Assembly (NCBI GenBank): GCA_963828805.1
Contig: CAWHGS010000043.1
Location: forward strand, 585-64,584
Length of the DNA: 64,000 nucleotides
DNA from: an uncultured delta proteobacterium
GTDB taxonomy: Bacteria > Desulfobacterota > BSN033 > UBA1163
Direction of reading: 5' to 3'
Shown: piece after piece, positions 20,016-28,880 of the stretch
Layout of the letters: each line of letters starts with the position of its first letter
Position numbering within the stretch: position 1 is the first letter of the stretch
The notes under the pieces: generated by a model
The model's database searches: none
Told to the model about the DNA's origin: nothing
What the model saw: only the letters and a program-made list of their open reading frames with translations
Program-made: the position numbers and the translations under genes

Positions 20016-21038
20016 ATGAATCTTTCTGAGGATATCTCCGCCTCGACGGACCCGAAAACCGCAGCCATAGAGAAGGCCCTCGAACCGATCCGGGATGATC
20101 TCGAAAAAGTGGACCTCGAGTTTCGGAAGAATCTTACAATCAGACGTTTCCATCATCTCGGCCATCGGAGAGTATCGTCCTTTCAAGCGGGGGGAAACGG
20201 TTTCGACCCATCCTGCTCATTCTCTCTGCGAAGTTGTGCGGATACCAGGGCGACCGCCACATCCCTTTGGCCAGCCTCGTTGAATTTATTCACACGGCGA
20301 CGTTGCTTCATGACGATGTGGTGGACAAGGCCGAAATTCGTAGAGGCAACGCGTCAGCCAATTCCAAATGGGGCAACGAAGCGAGTGTCCTGGTCGGAGA
20401 CTTTCTCTTCACCAAGAGTTTTTCCCTTCTGGTCGAAAAAGGGAACTGGGAAATTTTTCAGGTCCTTTCCCGGGCCACGACCCTCATGGCAGAGGGAGAA
20501 TTGGAAGAGTTGATCCGAACCGATGACCTCTCTCTAACGGAAGAGGGCTACCTCTCCATCATTACCCGCAAGACCGCCTCTCTGATCTCGGCAGCATCCC
20601 AGGTCGGCGCCATCCTGGCCGATGTTTCGGAAGAAAAGAAAAAGGCCCTGTCCCACTTTGGCACGGATGTGGGAATTGCCTTCCAATTGATGGACGACAC
20701 TCTTGACTACACGTCCAGGGAGGAGGAATTCGGGAAAGAGATCGGGATCGACCTCCAAAGGGGCAAGATCACGCTTCCTCTGATTTATGCCCTGAGGCAC
20801 TGCACTCCGGAGGAAAAAGCCTTCATCCAGGAGACGGTGGAAAAAACCTCTCTGACCCAAGAGGCCTTTCTCCGGGTGGCAGAGATCATTGAACGATCCC
20901 GCGGCATCCGGTACTCCTGTGAAAAAGGCAAAAGAATATATCGACCGAGCCAAAAGGCATCTCCATCTCTTCGAGGATTCGGAGTTCCGGCAGGCGCTCT
21001 TTACCCTGGCGGATTATGTCATTGAGAGGAGACTTTAA
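20016..21038 (+). pseudogene. polyprenyl diphosphate synthase (IspB-like), interrupted
   Basis: First Asp-rich motif LLHDDVVD and second FQLMDDTLD. The N-terminal and C-terminal parts lie in other frames. I find the end ...ADYVIERRL* at 21036-21038. Confidence 0.8.
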
Positions 21039-21130
21039 CTGATCGGCGAAGGTCGATTCCCGAACAGCCATTCGAAAAAGACCAGGAAATAAAACCGAAA
21101 TCAAACCCAATGAACATGGAGGAGTGAAAA

Positions 21131-21463
21131 ATGGCCAGCGAATCCACCCTGCTTCACGTCAGCGACAAGAGTTTTGAAGCCGAAGTTCTCCAATCCAACC
21201 TTCCGGTGCTTGTTGATTTTTGGGCCACGTGGTGTGGTCCCTGCAAGAGCATCGGTCCTGTCATTGACGAACTCTCCAAGGAATATGCGGGAAGAGTAAA
21301 GATGGCCAAACTCAATGTGGATGAGAACCCGGCGACACCCAGCCAGTACGGCGTCAGGTCAATCCCGACCCTCATCCTTTTTAAGGGCGGAAAGATCATT
21401 GAGCAGATGGTGGGAGCTCAACCCAAAACCCGCCTGGTAGCCATGATTGAAAAGGCTCTGTAG
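21131..21463 (+). CDS. trxA: thioredoxin
   Basis: 110-aa ORF with WATWCGPCK and the typical TrxA length and pattern. Confidence 0.9.
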   Translation: MASESTLLHVSDKSFEAEVLQSNLPVLVDFWATWCGPCKSIGPVIDELSKEYAGRVKMAKLNVDENPATPSQYGVRSIPTLILFKGGKIIEQMVGAQPKTRLVAMIEKAL

Positions 21464-21600
21464 CGAACCCATTCCCGATCACTGAAATCCTGAATTCTCA
21501 ATCGGGTCGACTTGACCGGCACCCAACCAAGGTTGGGGAAATCGATGCAGGGGGTCGCTGGAATGGTTTCAGTGAATACGGGTTATCAGGAAATGATTTT

Positions 21601-22108
21601 ATGAAAAGACCTTTTCTTAAATGGTTCATCCTGCTTATCTCTGTCGGGGCTTTGTCCTTCTTTCCCCAGTGTGGCAAGAACGTAAAGGAATCAGGCTTGG
21701 CGCCGGATTTCAGCCTCAAAACCCTTGAGGGTCAAGAGATGACCCTTGCTTCCCTGAAGGGAAAGGTCGTGCTCATCGACTTCTGGGCCACCTGGTGTGG
21801 CCCTTGTCGAGAATCCATTCCTCATCTTGTCACTCTCTACAAGAATTATCGAGAAAAGGGCTTTGAAGTCATCGGCATGAGCGTCGATAAGGGAGAAGCG
21901 GATGTGGTTCGCCGTTTCAGTCAAATCCATGGATATTCCTTATCCGATCCTCATCGCCTCTGAGGAGGTCACGCGAAGCTATGGTGTGACCGCCTTGCCG
22001 ACCACGTTCTTCATCGACAGGGAGGGCAATATTCGGGAAAAGATGATTGGATTCAATTCCAAGATTGCAAAAGAGCTGGCAGCGAAAGGTAAAAGAACTG
22101 ACCTCTGA
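21601..22108 (+). pseudogene. TlpA/ResA-like periplasmic thiol:disulfide oxidoreductase, one frame shift
   Basis: Signal/lipoprotein-like N-terminus, then FWATWCGPCRESIPHL. The C-terminal piece ...MDIPYPILIA...ALPTTFFIDREG is in the frame of ORF 21902-22108. The switch is near 21935. Confidence 0.8.
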
Positions 22109-22270
22109 AAAACCCTGATCTCTAAATCCCGATGCGTGGATCCTCAAACCGAAACACGTTCCGATCATCCGAATCTAAAACGAACAGATGAAGTTCGTCC
22201 CCGTAGATTTGAATATTTGAAATTCGAGCTTGCTCCGGATGTCGGCATCCGAATTTGGGATTCTAACAGG

Positions 22271-23821
22271 TTACTTCTTTTTGGCGGGTCCCAAGGAATT
22301 GAGATAATCCTCGATCACCTTTTTCGGGTCTAACCCGAGGCACTGGGCATACCCCTTTAAAAATCCCTTGAGGTAGACCTGGGCCGGAAGCTGCCCAACG
22401 TTCTCTTCTTCGATCCACTTCCAAGATCTTGAGGGTAATCCTCGTCTCCATGAAGATGGTCTTCAGATCAATCCCCATCTTTTCACGGATCTGCTTCAGC
22501 ATCTTTCCCCGGTAAGGACCTTCTCCCAGGTCGACGGAAATCTCCGAAAAAGGAAGGTACGTCTTTTTTTCCATGGGGCTTTCAGGAGCCTCGGGGAGTT
22601 TTTCCGACCTGGGCCATTTCAGATTCAGGGCGGAAAGGTGCGTCTGATCGTAATTCTTTCTCGAGGTCTCATCCATGAGGACCCGGTGGGCCTCCTCAAT
22701 CACGGCCTGTATCTTCTCCATCTCCTTTTCCGAAAAGAGGGAATAGACCGCCACGGAATCGTTCTGATAGGTCTCTTTCGCACGTTCGTAGGCCTGTTGA
22801 ATTTCCCTGCTGGTGGCATCGGGGCAGACCTCTAAGATTTCATAATAGGTCTGCTCTTCAATCCGCTTCATCTGTTCTTCCCCTTGAAACCGAAAGGCCA
22901 TCTGATGTTTGTTTGCCATCTTAGAGGCAATCTCAGCCACGCATTGGGCTGCTTTGGAACGCGGATTTTCTAAGACCAGAGGCCTTCTCTTCCGAATCGA
23001 ATTGCTGACATCCTGGTCATAAACAACGTATCCCAAATAATGGAGATGGATCCCGAAATATTGTTTGCAGGCGCTCCGGATGGAAAACCCCACTTCTATA
23101 TCCTTCTTCGTCCTGACCTGATTGAGAATGAGGTTCGGTGGAAATCCCTCCACCTCCCGGCCACCTTCCTCGCCTCCTCGTCGCCGACCCGGGTCATGGC
23201 CTCGATCAGATCCGAGGGGTTCTGAATTCCGAGTTCATTTTTCCGATCCATGGCTCCATCGATCAAGGCCTTCGCTTCCGCAGAGGACACGGCACTCCTG
23301 ATCCTCCGATAAAAAGCGCTCTTGAGAAAGCGATAGGCATTTTCGATGGAGGTGGGCTCAGGAGTCACCACGAGAATCCCCCCGTCGGACATGAGGAAGA
23401 AATCGAGGACATTCAGGGCATTGCCCGCTCCAAGATCAACCAGAATATAGTCGCTTTCGAGATGCTGAATGGAGCGAAGGAGCTTCCGTTTCTGAACGCT
23501 CTTGGCATCCGCCGCGTTGAGGAGGTCCTGGGCGCCGCTCAGGAGCTGGAGGTTTGGAACCGACGTTGGAATCAAAACCTCCTGCAGGTGAGGGACCCGT
23601 CTTCTGGATGAAATCAGAAAGGGAGAGGTTGGGAGGCGAAACCCCTAGAAAGGTGTGGAGATTCGCCCCCCCCAAATCAGCATCAACAAGGATGACCTTC
23701 GACCCCGAGTTGAGAGAGACAGATGCCCATATTGACGGTGATAAAGCTCTTACCACTGCCTCCCTTGCCTCCTCCAATGGTCCAGATCACCTTTCGGTTG
23801 CCACTCGAAGGCTGACTCATC
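22271..23821 (-). pseudogene. MinD/ParA-like P-loop ATPase fused to a J domain and a RodZ-like HTH, interrupted
   Basis: My translation from 23821 gives MSQPSSGNRKVIWTIGGGKGGSGKSFITVNMG, a deviant Walker A. It continues VILVDADLGGANLH...ILVDLGAG...VVTPEPTSIENAYRF. Next comes the J domain YYEILEVCPDATSREIQQAYERAKETYQND, then KMLKQIREKMGIDLKTIFMETRITLKILE. The corrected tail ...YLKGFLKGYAQCLGLDPKKVIEDYLNSLGPAKKK* ends at 22271. Confidence 0.7.
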
Positions 23822-24174
23822 TCCCTAACCTGCACTTCTCACGATTTACCCCACAGGCCATTGATTCTTTCGCGGCCGCAGCGATCGGCAGACGCCTCGT
23901 TTTGAGGTTACGATGAGACACGGACCGTTACGGAGAACACCCCGCCCCCTTCCTCCGTTCAATAGGCCGTTTAGAATTTTTATATAACAGAAACTTAGGA
24001 CCCCTGTCTATAGAAACAAATAACTTGCCCACCCCCACTTCTTAGGTTGATACGTTCAACAGCGCCAAACCCCGGTTTTTAAATCGGGCAAAAAAGCGCC
24101 GCTCAGTATCAACCCAGAGCATACCCTGGACTTCAGACCGGGGAGTCGAATGGGTTGATTTTTTATGAGGTTCT

Positions 24175-25167
24175 GTGCCACGATTTGTTCTTATGAAAAG
24201 AGTGGAAATTGAAGCTTATTTCTATGTCCTCAGTGCGGCTACCTTCTGGGGGTTGTCCGGGGCGGTTGCAAAATCTCTTTTCAATGCCGGACTTTCTCCT
24301 CTGCGTCTTGTTCAAATCAGGATGACCCTCGCGGCCCTTATCCTCTTCTTTATACTGCTCTTCCTCGACCGGAAACGGTTGATCATTTCACCAAAAGACG
24401 TCCTCTATTTTCTCATCTTTGGCATTATCGGCATGGCCGGCAACCAATTTTCATACTATTTCACCGTGAGCAAAATTCAAGTGGGTCCCGCTGTTCTCAT
24501 TCAGTATCTCTGCCCCGTCTGGATCACCTTATATGCTTATTTCTTTCAGAAAGAACCCCTCCCAAAAAAAATGGCCGCCGCCCTTCTCCTGGCAGTTCTT
24601 GGATGTTATATGGTTGCAGGCGGTTATCGAATCGATCTCTTGAATCTGAACCGGGTGGGGATCATGGGAGGAATCGCCTCGTCGTTCTTTGCCGCTTTCT
24701 ATGCCCTCTATGCAGAAAAAGGATTGAAGAAATACGATGGTTGGACCCTTCTGCTCTATGGCTTGGGAGCAGGCGGCCTCTTTTGCTGCGTCCTCAACTC
24801 ACCCATGGAAATCGTCTCGGCGGGTTACCCTTTCAAGATCTGGATGGCTTTCTTTTATATCGCGACGTTCGCCACCCTTGTTCCATTTGCCCTCTATTTC
24901 AAAGGGATTGAAAGAATTCGGGTGACCCGGGCCAGTATCATCGCGAACTGGGAGCCGGTGATGGCAGGATTATCAGCCTACTTCATTCTGGGGGAGGTGT
25001 TGGAACCTCTGCAAGTCCTGGGCGGCTTCGGGGTGATTGCCGCCGTGATCCTTCTCCAGCTGGCAAAGGAGACCGCCGGTCCCTCTTCCGCCCTTGAGAT
25101 TCGCCAAGAAGGGAAAAGGGTAAACGATAGCCCTTTCCGAACAACGCTTGTAACCTGTTCGAAATAG
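24175..25167 (+). CDS. DMT superfamily (EamA-type) transporter, paralog A
   Basis: Ten-TM profile with two EamA-like halves. By eye it aligns without gaps to ORF 25753-26676, for example SKIQVGPAVLIQYL versus SKIQVGPAVLMQYL. Confidence 0.8.
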   Translation: MPRFVLMKRVEIEAYFYVLSAATFWGLSGAVAKSLFNAGLSPLRLVQIRMTLAALILFFILLFLDRKRLIISPKDVLYFLIFGIIGMAGNQFSYYFTVSKIQVGPAVLIQYLCPVWITLYAYFFQKEPLPKKMAAALLLAVLGCYMVAGGYRIDLLNLNRVGIMGGIASSFFAAFYALYAEKGLKKYDGWTLLLYGLGAGGLFCCVLNSPMEIVSAGYPFKIWMAFFYIATFATLVPFALYFKGIERIRVTRASIIANWEPVMAGLSAYFILGEVLEPLQVLGGFGVIAAVILLQLAKETAGPSSALEIRQEGKRVNDSPFRTTLVTCSK

Positions 25168-25185
25168 ATCATGGAGGTATAGAAC

Positions 25186-25593
25186 ATGAAACAGAGAAGA
25201 CTCCTGGTTGCAGTCATGACAGGCCTTGTCCTTTCATGGATGCTGGTCACGATCGCACAGACCGAGGAGATTCCAAGGATGACCAAGGAGGAACTCAAAG
25301 GAATGCTCGGTAAACCGGAGGTGATCATCATCGATGTACGATCCAAAGCCGACTGGGCCGGGAGCAAACTAAAAATCAAAGGAGCGGTCAGGGAGGATCC
25401 GAAAAAGGTGGCCTCCTGGATGGACAAATATTCCAAAGACAAGATAATCGTTTTTTACTGTGCCTGAGTGAAGGAGGCGACCAGTGCCAGTGTGGCGCTC
25501 CAATTCAAGGATAAAGGGTATACCAAGGTTCATGCGTTGAAGGACGGCTGGAAGGAATGGCAGAAAGCCAACTTCCCCACTGAAAAGAAATAG
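25186..25593 (+). CDS. periplasmic single-domain rhodanese with in-frame TGA (25465-25467) at the catalytic Cys position; candidate selenoprotein
   Basis: GGAGG RBS and signal peptide MKQRRLLVAVMTGLVLSWMLVTIAQ. The ORF track stops at ...IIVFYCA*. The same frame continues VKEATSASVALQFKDKGYTKVHALKDGWKEWQKANFPTEKK* to 25593. The TGA aligns with Cys65 of E. coli GlpE ([19 protein letters not shown]). Confidence 0.6.
25473..25501 (+). promoter_or_regulatory. SECIS-like stem-loop candidate downstream of the rhodanese TGA
   Basis: The sequence GGAG-g-CG-a-CCA / TGG-CG-CTCC forms 9 bp with two single-base bulges and a 9-nt loop GUGCCAGUG. It starts 5 nt after the TGA, and the apical loop lies about 19-27 nt from the U of UGA. 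Confidence 0.35.
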
Positions 25594-25752
25594 GGATGCA
25601 TGGCCAAGGGGCGATGGCGGCCATTCATCCGGCTGCCATCACCCCCTCAATCTACAAAAAGCCTTGCCTGATACTCTTTGGCATGATCTATCACCTGAAG
25701 ATAACACTTCTGAGTTGACTTTGTCCCCGTTTCCGTAACAAGATGATGTCCA

Positions 25753-26676
25753 ATGAAAAAACACGAAATCCATGGTTATCTCTATATTCTGACCGGGGCA
25801 ACGCTCTGGGGATTATCAACGGTAGTTGCAAAGGCTCTCTTCAACGTTGGGCTCCCTCCAGCCCAGCTCGTTCTTATTCGCTTGACCCTTTCAGCCCTCA
25901 TTCTTATCCTGCTGTTTCTCATCCATGACCGAACCCGCCTGGTCATCTCCCTAAAAGACTTGCCCTATTTTCTCATTCTCGGTTTCATTGCCGTGGCGGG
26001 CATGCAATTCATGTATTTTTACACCATCAGCAAAATTCAGGTTGGACCCGCCGTGCTCATGCAATACCTCTCCGTCTTCTGGGTTGCCGGCTATGCTTTT
26101 CTTTTCCAGAAAGAGCCTATCACCTTTGGGAAGATGTCCTCTCTCCTTCTTTCCCTGATCGGATGCTATCTGGTCGTAGGTGGATACCAAATCAACCTCC
26201 TTAAATTGAACAGGGATGGAATTGCAAGCGGACTCCTCGGCTCTCTTTTCTTCGCCTTCTATACGCTTTACGGAGAGAGGGGCCTGAAGAAATATGATCC
26301 CTGGAAACTCCTCCTCTACGGCTTCGGGTTTGGGGCGATCTTTTTCTGGATTCTGAACCCTCCCTCTGAAATCATTCAGGCAGGATACCCAGTCAGGTTC
26401 TGGCTCGCCTTTTTCTACATCACCATCTTTTCGACGCTTATCCCTTTTGGTTTCTACTTCAAAGGAATCGACCGGATCCGCGCAACCCGTGCAGGTATCA
26501 CCTCAACCTTGGAGCCTGTGGTCGCAGGGATTACCGCCTATCTTGTTCTGGGGGAGTTCCTGCATCCTCTCCAGATAGTGGGGGGTCTGATCGTGATTGC
26601 AGCCATTGTCCTCCTTCAGATCTCGAGAGAAAAATCTTCCCCTGAGTCCCCCCTGGAGATCCGTAAAAAGGATTAA
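25753..26676 (+). CDS. DMT superfamily (EamA-type) transporter, paralog B
   Basis: 307-aa ORF with a ten-TM profile. It is clearly paralogous to 24175-25167. Confidence 0.8.
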   Translation: MKKHEIHGYLYILTGATLWGLSTVVAKALFNVGLPPAQLVLIRLTLSALILILLFLIHDRTRLVISLKDLPYFLILGFIAVAGMQFMYFYTISKIQVGPAVLMQYLSVFWVAGYAFLFQKEPITFGKMSSLLLSLIGCYLVVGGYQINLLKLNRDGIASGLLGSLFFAFYTLYGERGLKKYDPWKLLLYGFGFGAIFFWILNPPSEIIQAGYPVRFWLAFFYITIFSTLIPFGFYFKGIDRIRATRAGITSTLEPVVAGITAYLVLGEFLHPLQIVGGLIVIAAIVLLQISREKSSPESPLEIRKKD

Positions 26677-26728
26677 CCCGCCGAAAAACGCGTAAACATG
26701 TGGTTAACCACACAACCACACAAATATT

Positions 26729-27199
26729 TTGACTTCACTTACCTCTTCTGTTAATCTAAGTTTAGAGGAACCGATGAATCCATCAAATACGGGTAGAAGA
26801 ATACAAGAACACTTGCCTTCCTGGTTCGTTCGTGCCCTGAGCAGCTACTCCTTTTTCGGCGGGTGGAAAAAGCTCCAACAAAACCGGGGCCTCATGAGCC
26901 GGTACAGCTCGGTTGTCTTCTTCTTCCTCGTTTTGACCCTGGGACTCAATATCCTCGATTCTCTGTTTACAATGATGATCCTCGACCTAAAAGGCCGTGA
27001 GGTCAATCCGGTGGTTCAATCCATCATGACCCTTTATGGATCGGATTTCTGGATCTGGAAATTTGGAATTGTCTCCCTCTCCCTGATCCTTCTCTGCATC
27101 CTGAGCGATCTTAAGATCGTGAAAGGAATCATTGTCACGCTCAGCTCCGTCTATTTTACCGTTGTCCTTTACCAGTTGTTCTTGCTCACCCACGCCTAG
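26729..27199 (+). CDS. DUF5658-like small membrane protein
   Basis: Hydrophobic helices with ILDSLFTMMILDLKGREVNPVV, which I recall as the DUF5658 signature. The start may be MNPSNTG (26774). Confidence 0.45.
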   Translation: MTSLTSSVNLSLEEPMNPSNTGRRIQEHLPSWFVRALSSYSFFGGWKKLQQNRGLMSRYSSVVFFFLVLTLGLNILDSLFTMMILDLKGREVNPVVQSIMTLYGSDFWIWKFGIVSLSLILLCILSDLKIVKGIIVTLSSVYFTVVLYQLFLLTHA

Positions 27200-27256
27200 T
27201 TCGAAACAGATGGAACAGAAAAGGTTGGTCAAGATGGCCTGATGTCGAAAGAACAG

Positions 27257-27289
27257 CGGAGCTCCTTCATCTGTTCTAAAGGAGCTCCG
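27257..27289. terminator. strong hairpin between convergent genes (bidirectional terminator candidate)
   Basis: Perfect 11-bp stem CGGAGCTCCTT / AAGGAGCTCCG with an 11-nt loop. On the minus strand it is followed by CTGTTCTTTC. Confidence 0.4.
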
Positions 27290-27331
27290 TCCGGCGGTTA
27301 TCGAGGAGTTGATTCGAAAGGTCTGACTCTC

Positions 27332-27910
27332 TTATCTCAGGCCGTCCTCTTTCTTTGCTTCTTCCTTCTTCAACCCTCCAATTCGTGGATGGGGTCTTCC
27401 GGAATCCGTGACAACAATCACAACAACGATCTCATCCGGCCGGGGCGCATCCGGAACCCTCACCGACATGGCATCAAAATGACTCCGGACAAAGGCAGCA
27501 TCCTTGTAATGGAGCGGAACGTCGATCTCTGTCCCCGGTCCTCCCATCTTCTTCGCCGAGGGAATGATCGCCTTTCCGCCACCGACTGCTTCTCTCATGG
27601 GCGTTCCGAGCTTGGGGTGCAAGATCGCTGCCGCATGTTCCAGTTCACCATCGACGCCCACAATCGCTGCCTTCCCGTAACTCTCTGCCTTTTGCGGCGG
27701 TATCTTTAAGGCCTCCACAGCCATCTTGGTCAATTTCTCTCCCAATGCCACGCCAACTTCAACGAGTTCGTCCAAATTCTCCACATACTTCCCGGCAAAA
27801 GGGTTCTTGATGACGGCAATCGCTGCTGCCTTCCGGGTCGGAGGTTCCACCTTCTTCCCTCCCTCCATGACCGTCTCTTCAACAATCGTCACATATTTTC
27901 GAACCTCCAT
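27332..27910 (-). CDS. 'amino acid synthesis' family protein (AA_synth / DUF1185)
   Basis: Sequence MEVRKYVTIVEE...AAAIAVIKNPFAGKYVENLDEL...GKAAIVGVDGELEHAAAILHPKLG...IPSAKKMGGPG, the characteristic AA_synth pattern. The ORF is intact at 192 aa. Confidence 0.7.
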   Translation of the reverse strand: MEVRKYVTIVEETVMEGGKKVEPPTRKAAAIAVIKNPFAGKYVENLDELVEVGVALGEKLTKMAVEALKIPPQKAESYGKAAIVGVDGELEHAAAILHPKLGTPMREAVGGGKAIIPSAKKMGGPGTEIDVPLHYKDAAFVRSHFDAMSVRVPDAPRPDEIVVVIVVTDSGRPHPRIGGLKKEEAKKEDGLR

Positions 27911-27938
27911 ATTTCACCTCCCATTGAATTAAATCAAC

Positions 27939-27989
27939 GGGATTAGGGGTTAGGGTTTGGGGATTGGTTAAACCCTAATCCCCAATCCC
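27939..27989. repeat. G-rich/C-rich intergenic palindrome with TTAGGG-like words (REP-like element, copy 1)
   Basis: The sequence is GGGATTAGGGGTTAGGGTTTGGGGATTGG-TTAA-ACCCTAATCCCCAATCCC. It shares the terminal words GGGATTAGGGGTT and CCAATCCCT with the reverse complement of 59269-59324. Confidence 0.6.
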
Positions 27990-28880
27990 TCTTTTACAAT
28001 CTTGGTTAAGCCAGGCTCCATGGATCGGGTCCAAACCACTTTCCCCTGAACAGCGACCAAGGCCCCTTTGATCAATCCTTTCCGGCAAATCGATTCTGCT
28101 TTTGAAAGCCCATGATTCAGGGCTTCTTCAACCTTTTCCTGAGACAATTCCCCGACCTCAACCGTCACCCATTCTCCAACAATATCCGTATCAGGATAGA
28201 TATGTTCTGCAAGGGATCGCTTAATAGCGAGTGTCTTCAACATTGGTGAAATTACCAATGACCGTGGCAGCCGCATCAGCGAAGGAAGCAGTCTGCTGAA
28301 AGAACGGTGGCCGCAGAGGCAATCCCTTTTGTAAAACTCCTTCCCCCGAGTCCGCTCGTCGCAACCCCGCCGATCCCCATGGTTTCATCGATCAGAAAGG
28401 ACATAGGACGGATGACCTGGCATGGATGTCCGTTTTTATCCCAACTCTTGCGACTTCTCCCTCTCTCAAACGGATCGCAATGTCTCCACCGTTATCGACG
28501 ATGATCTTCGTCCCTCCCCGGAGAATCATAAAATCGGCAACCGCATCTGAGGCCGCCCCTGCAACAGCGGCCATAGGCGTCAAATCAGGCTCTTCCATGA
28601 TCCGGGTGGCTTCGATCATCCTTCGAACCACATCCGGATAGTCTCCTTCACATCTCTAGTTCCTGTGCCTTCCTCTTGATCACCGGAAGAAATCGGGCCA
28701 GATCCTCAAGAACCTCTCTGGCTTTCGTGGCCCCCTCTTTTGCCAGCTCGACCAGGGCCTTCCCATGGTCAGAGGCCTGGATGAACATCCGCATGGGACC
28801 ATATTCAAAAAGGACCGTGCCATTCGGCAGGACCTCGATTCTTTCATCGAATGTTCCTCCCCTGTTCCCACTTGATCTCC
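27968..28880 (-). pseudogene. UPF0280 (ApbE-like) family protein, interrupted; 5' boundary approximate
   Basis: Three pieces: ERIEVLPNGTVLFEYGPMRMFIQA... (28648-28995 frame), TPMAAVAGAASDAVADFMILRGGTKIIVDNGGDIAI (28392-28631), and 27968-28276. Confidence 0.6.

Noticed and set aside
27939-27967. TTAGGG-like repeats, considered as telomeric sequence or eukaryotic contamination
   Set aside because: There are only about three degenerate units. They are embedded between ordinary bacterial genes and paired with a complementary C-rich arm, so this is an intergenic palindrome and not a telomere.
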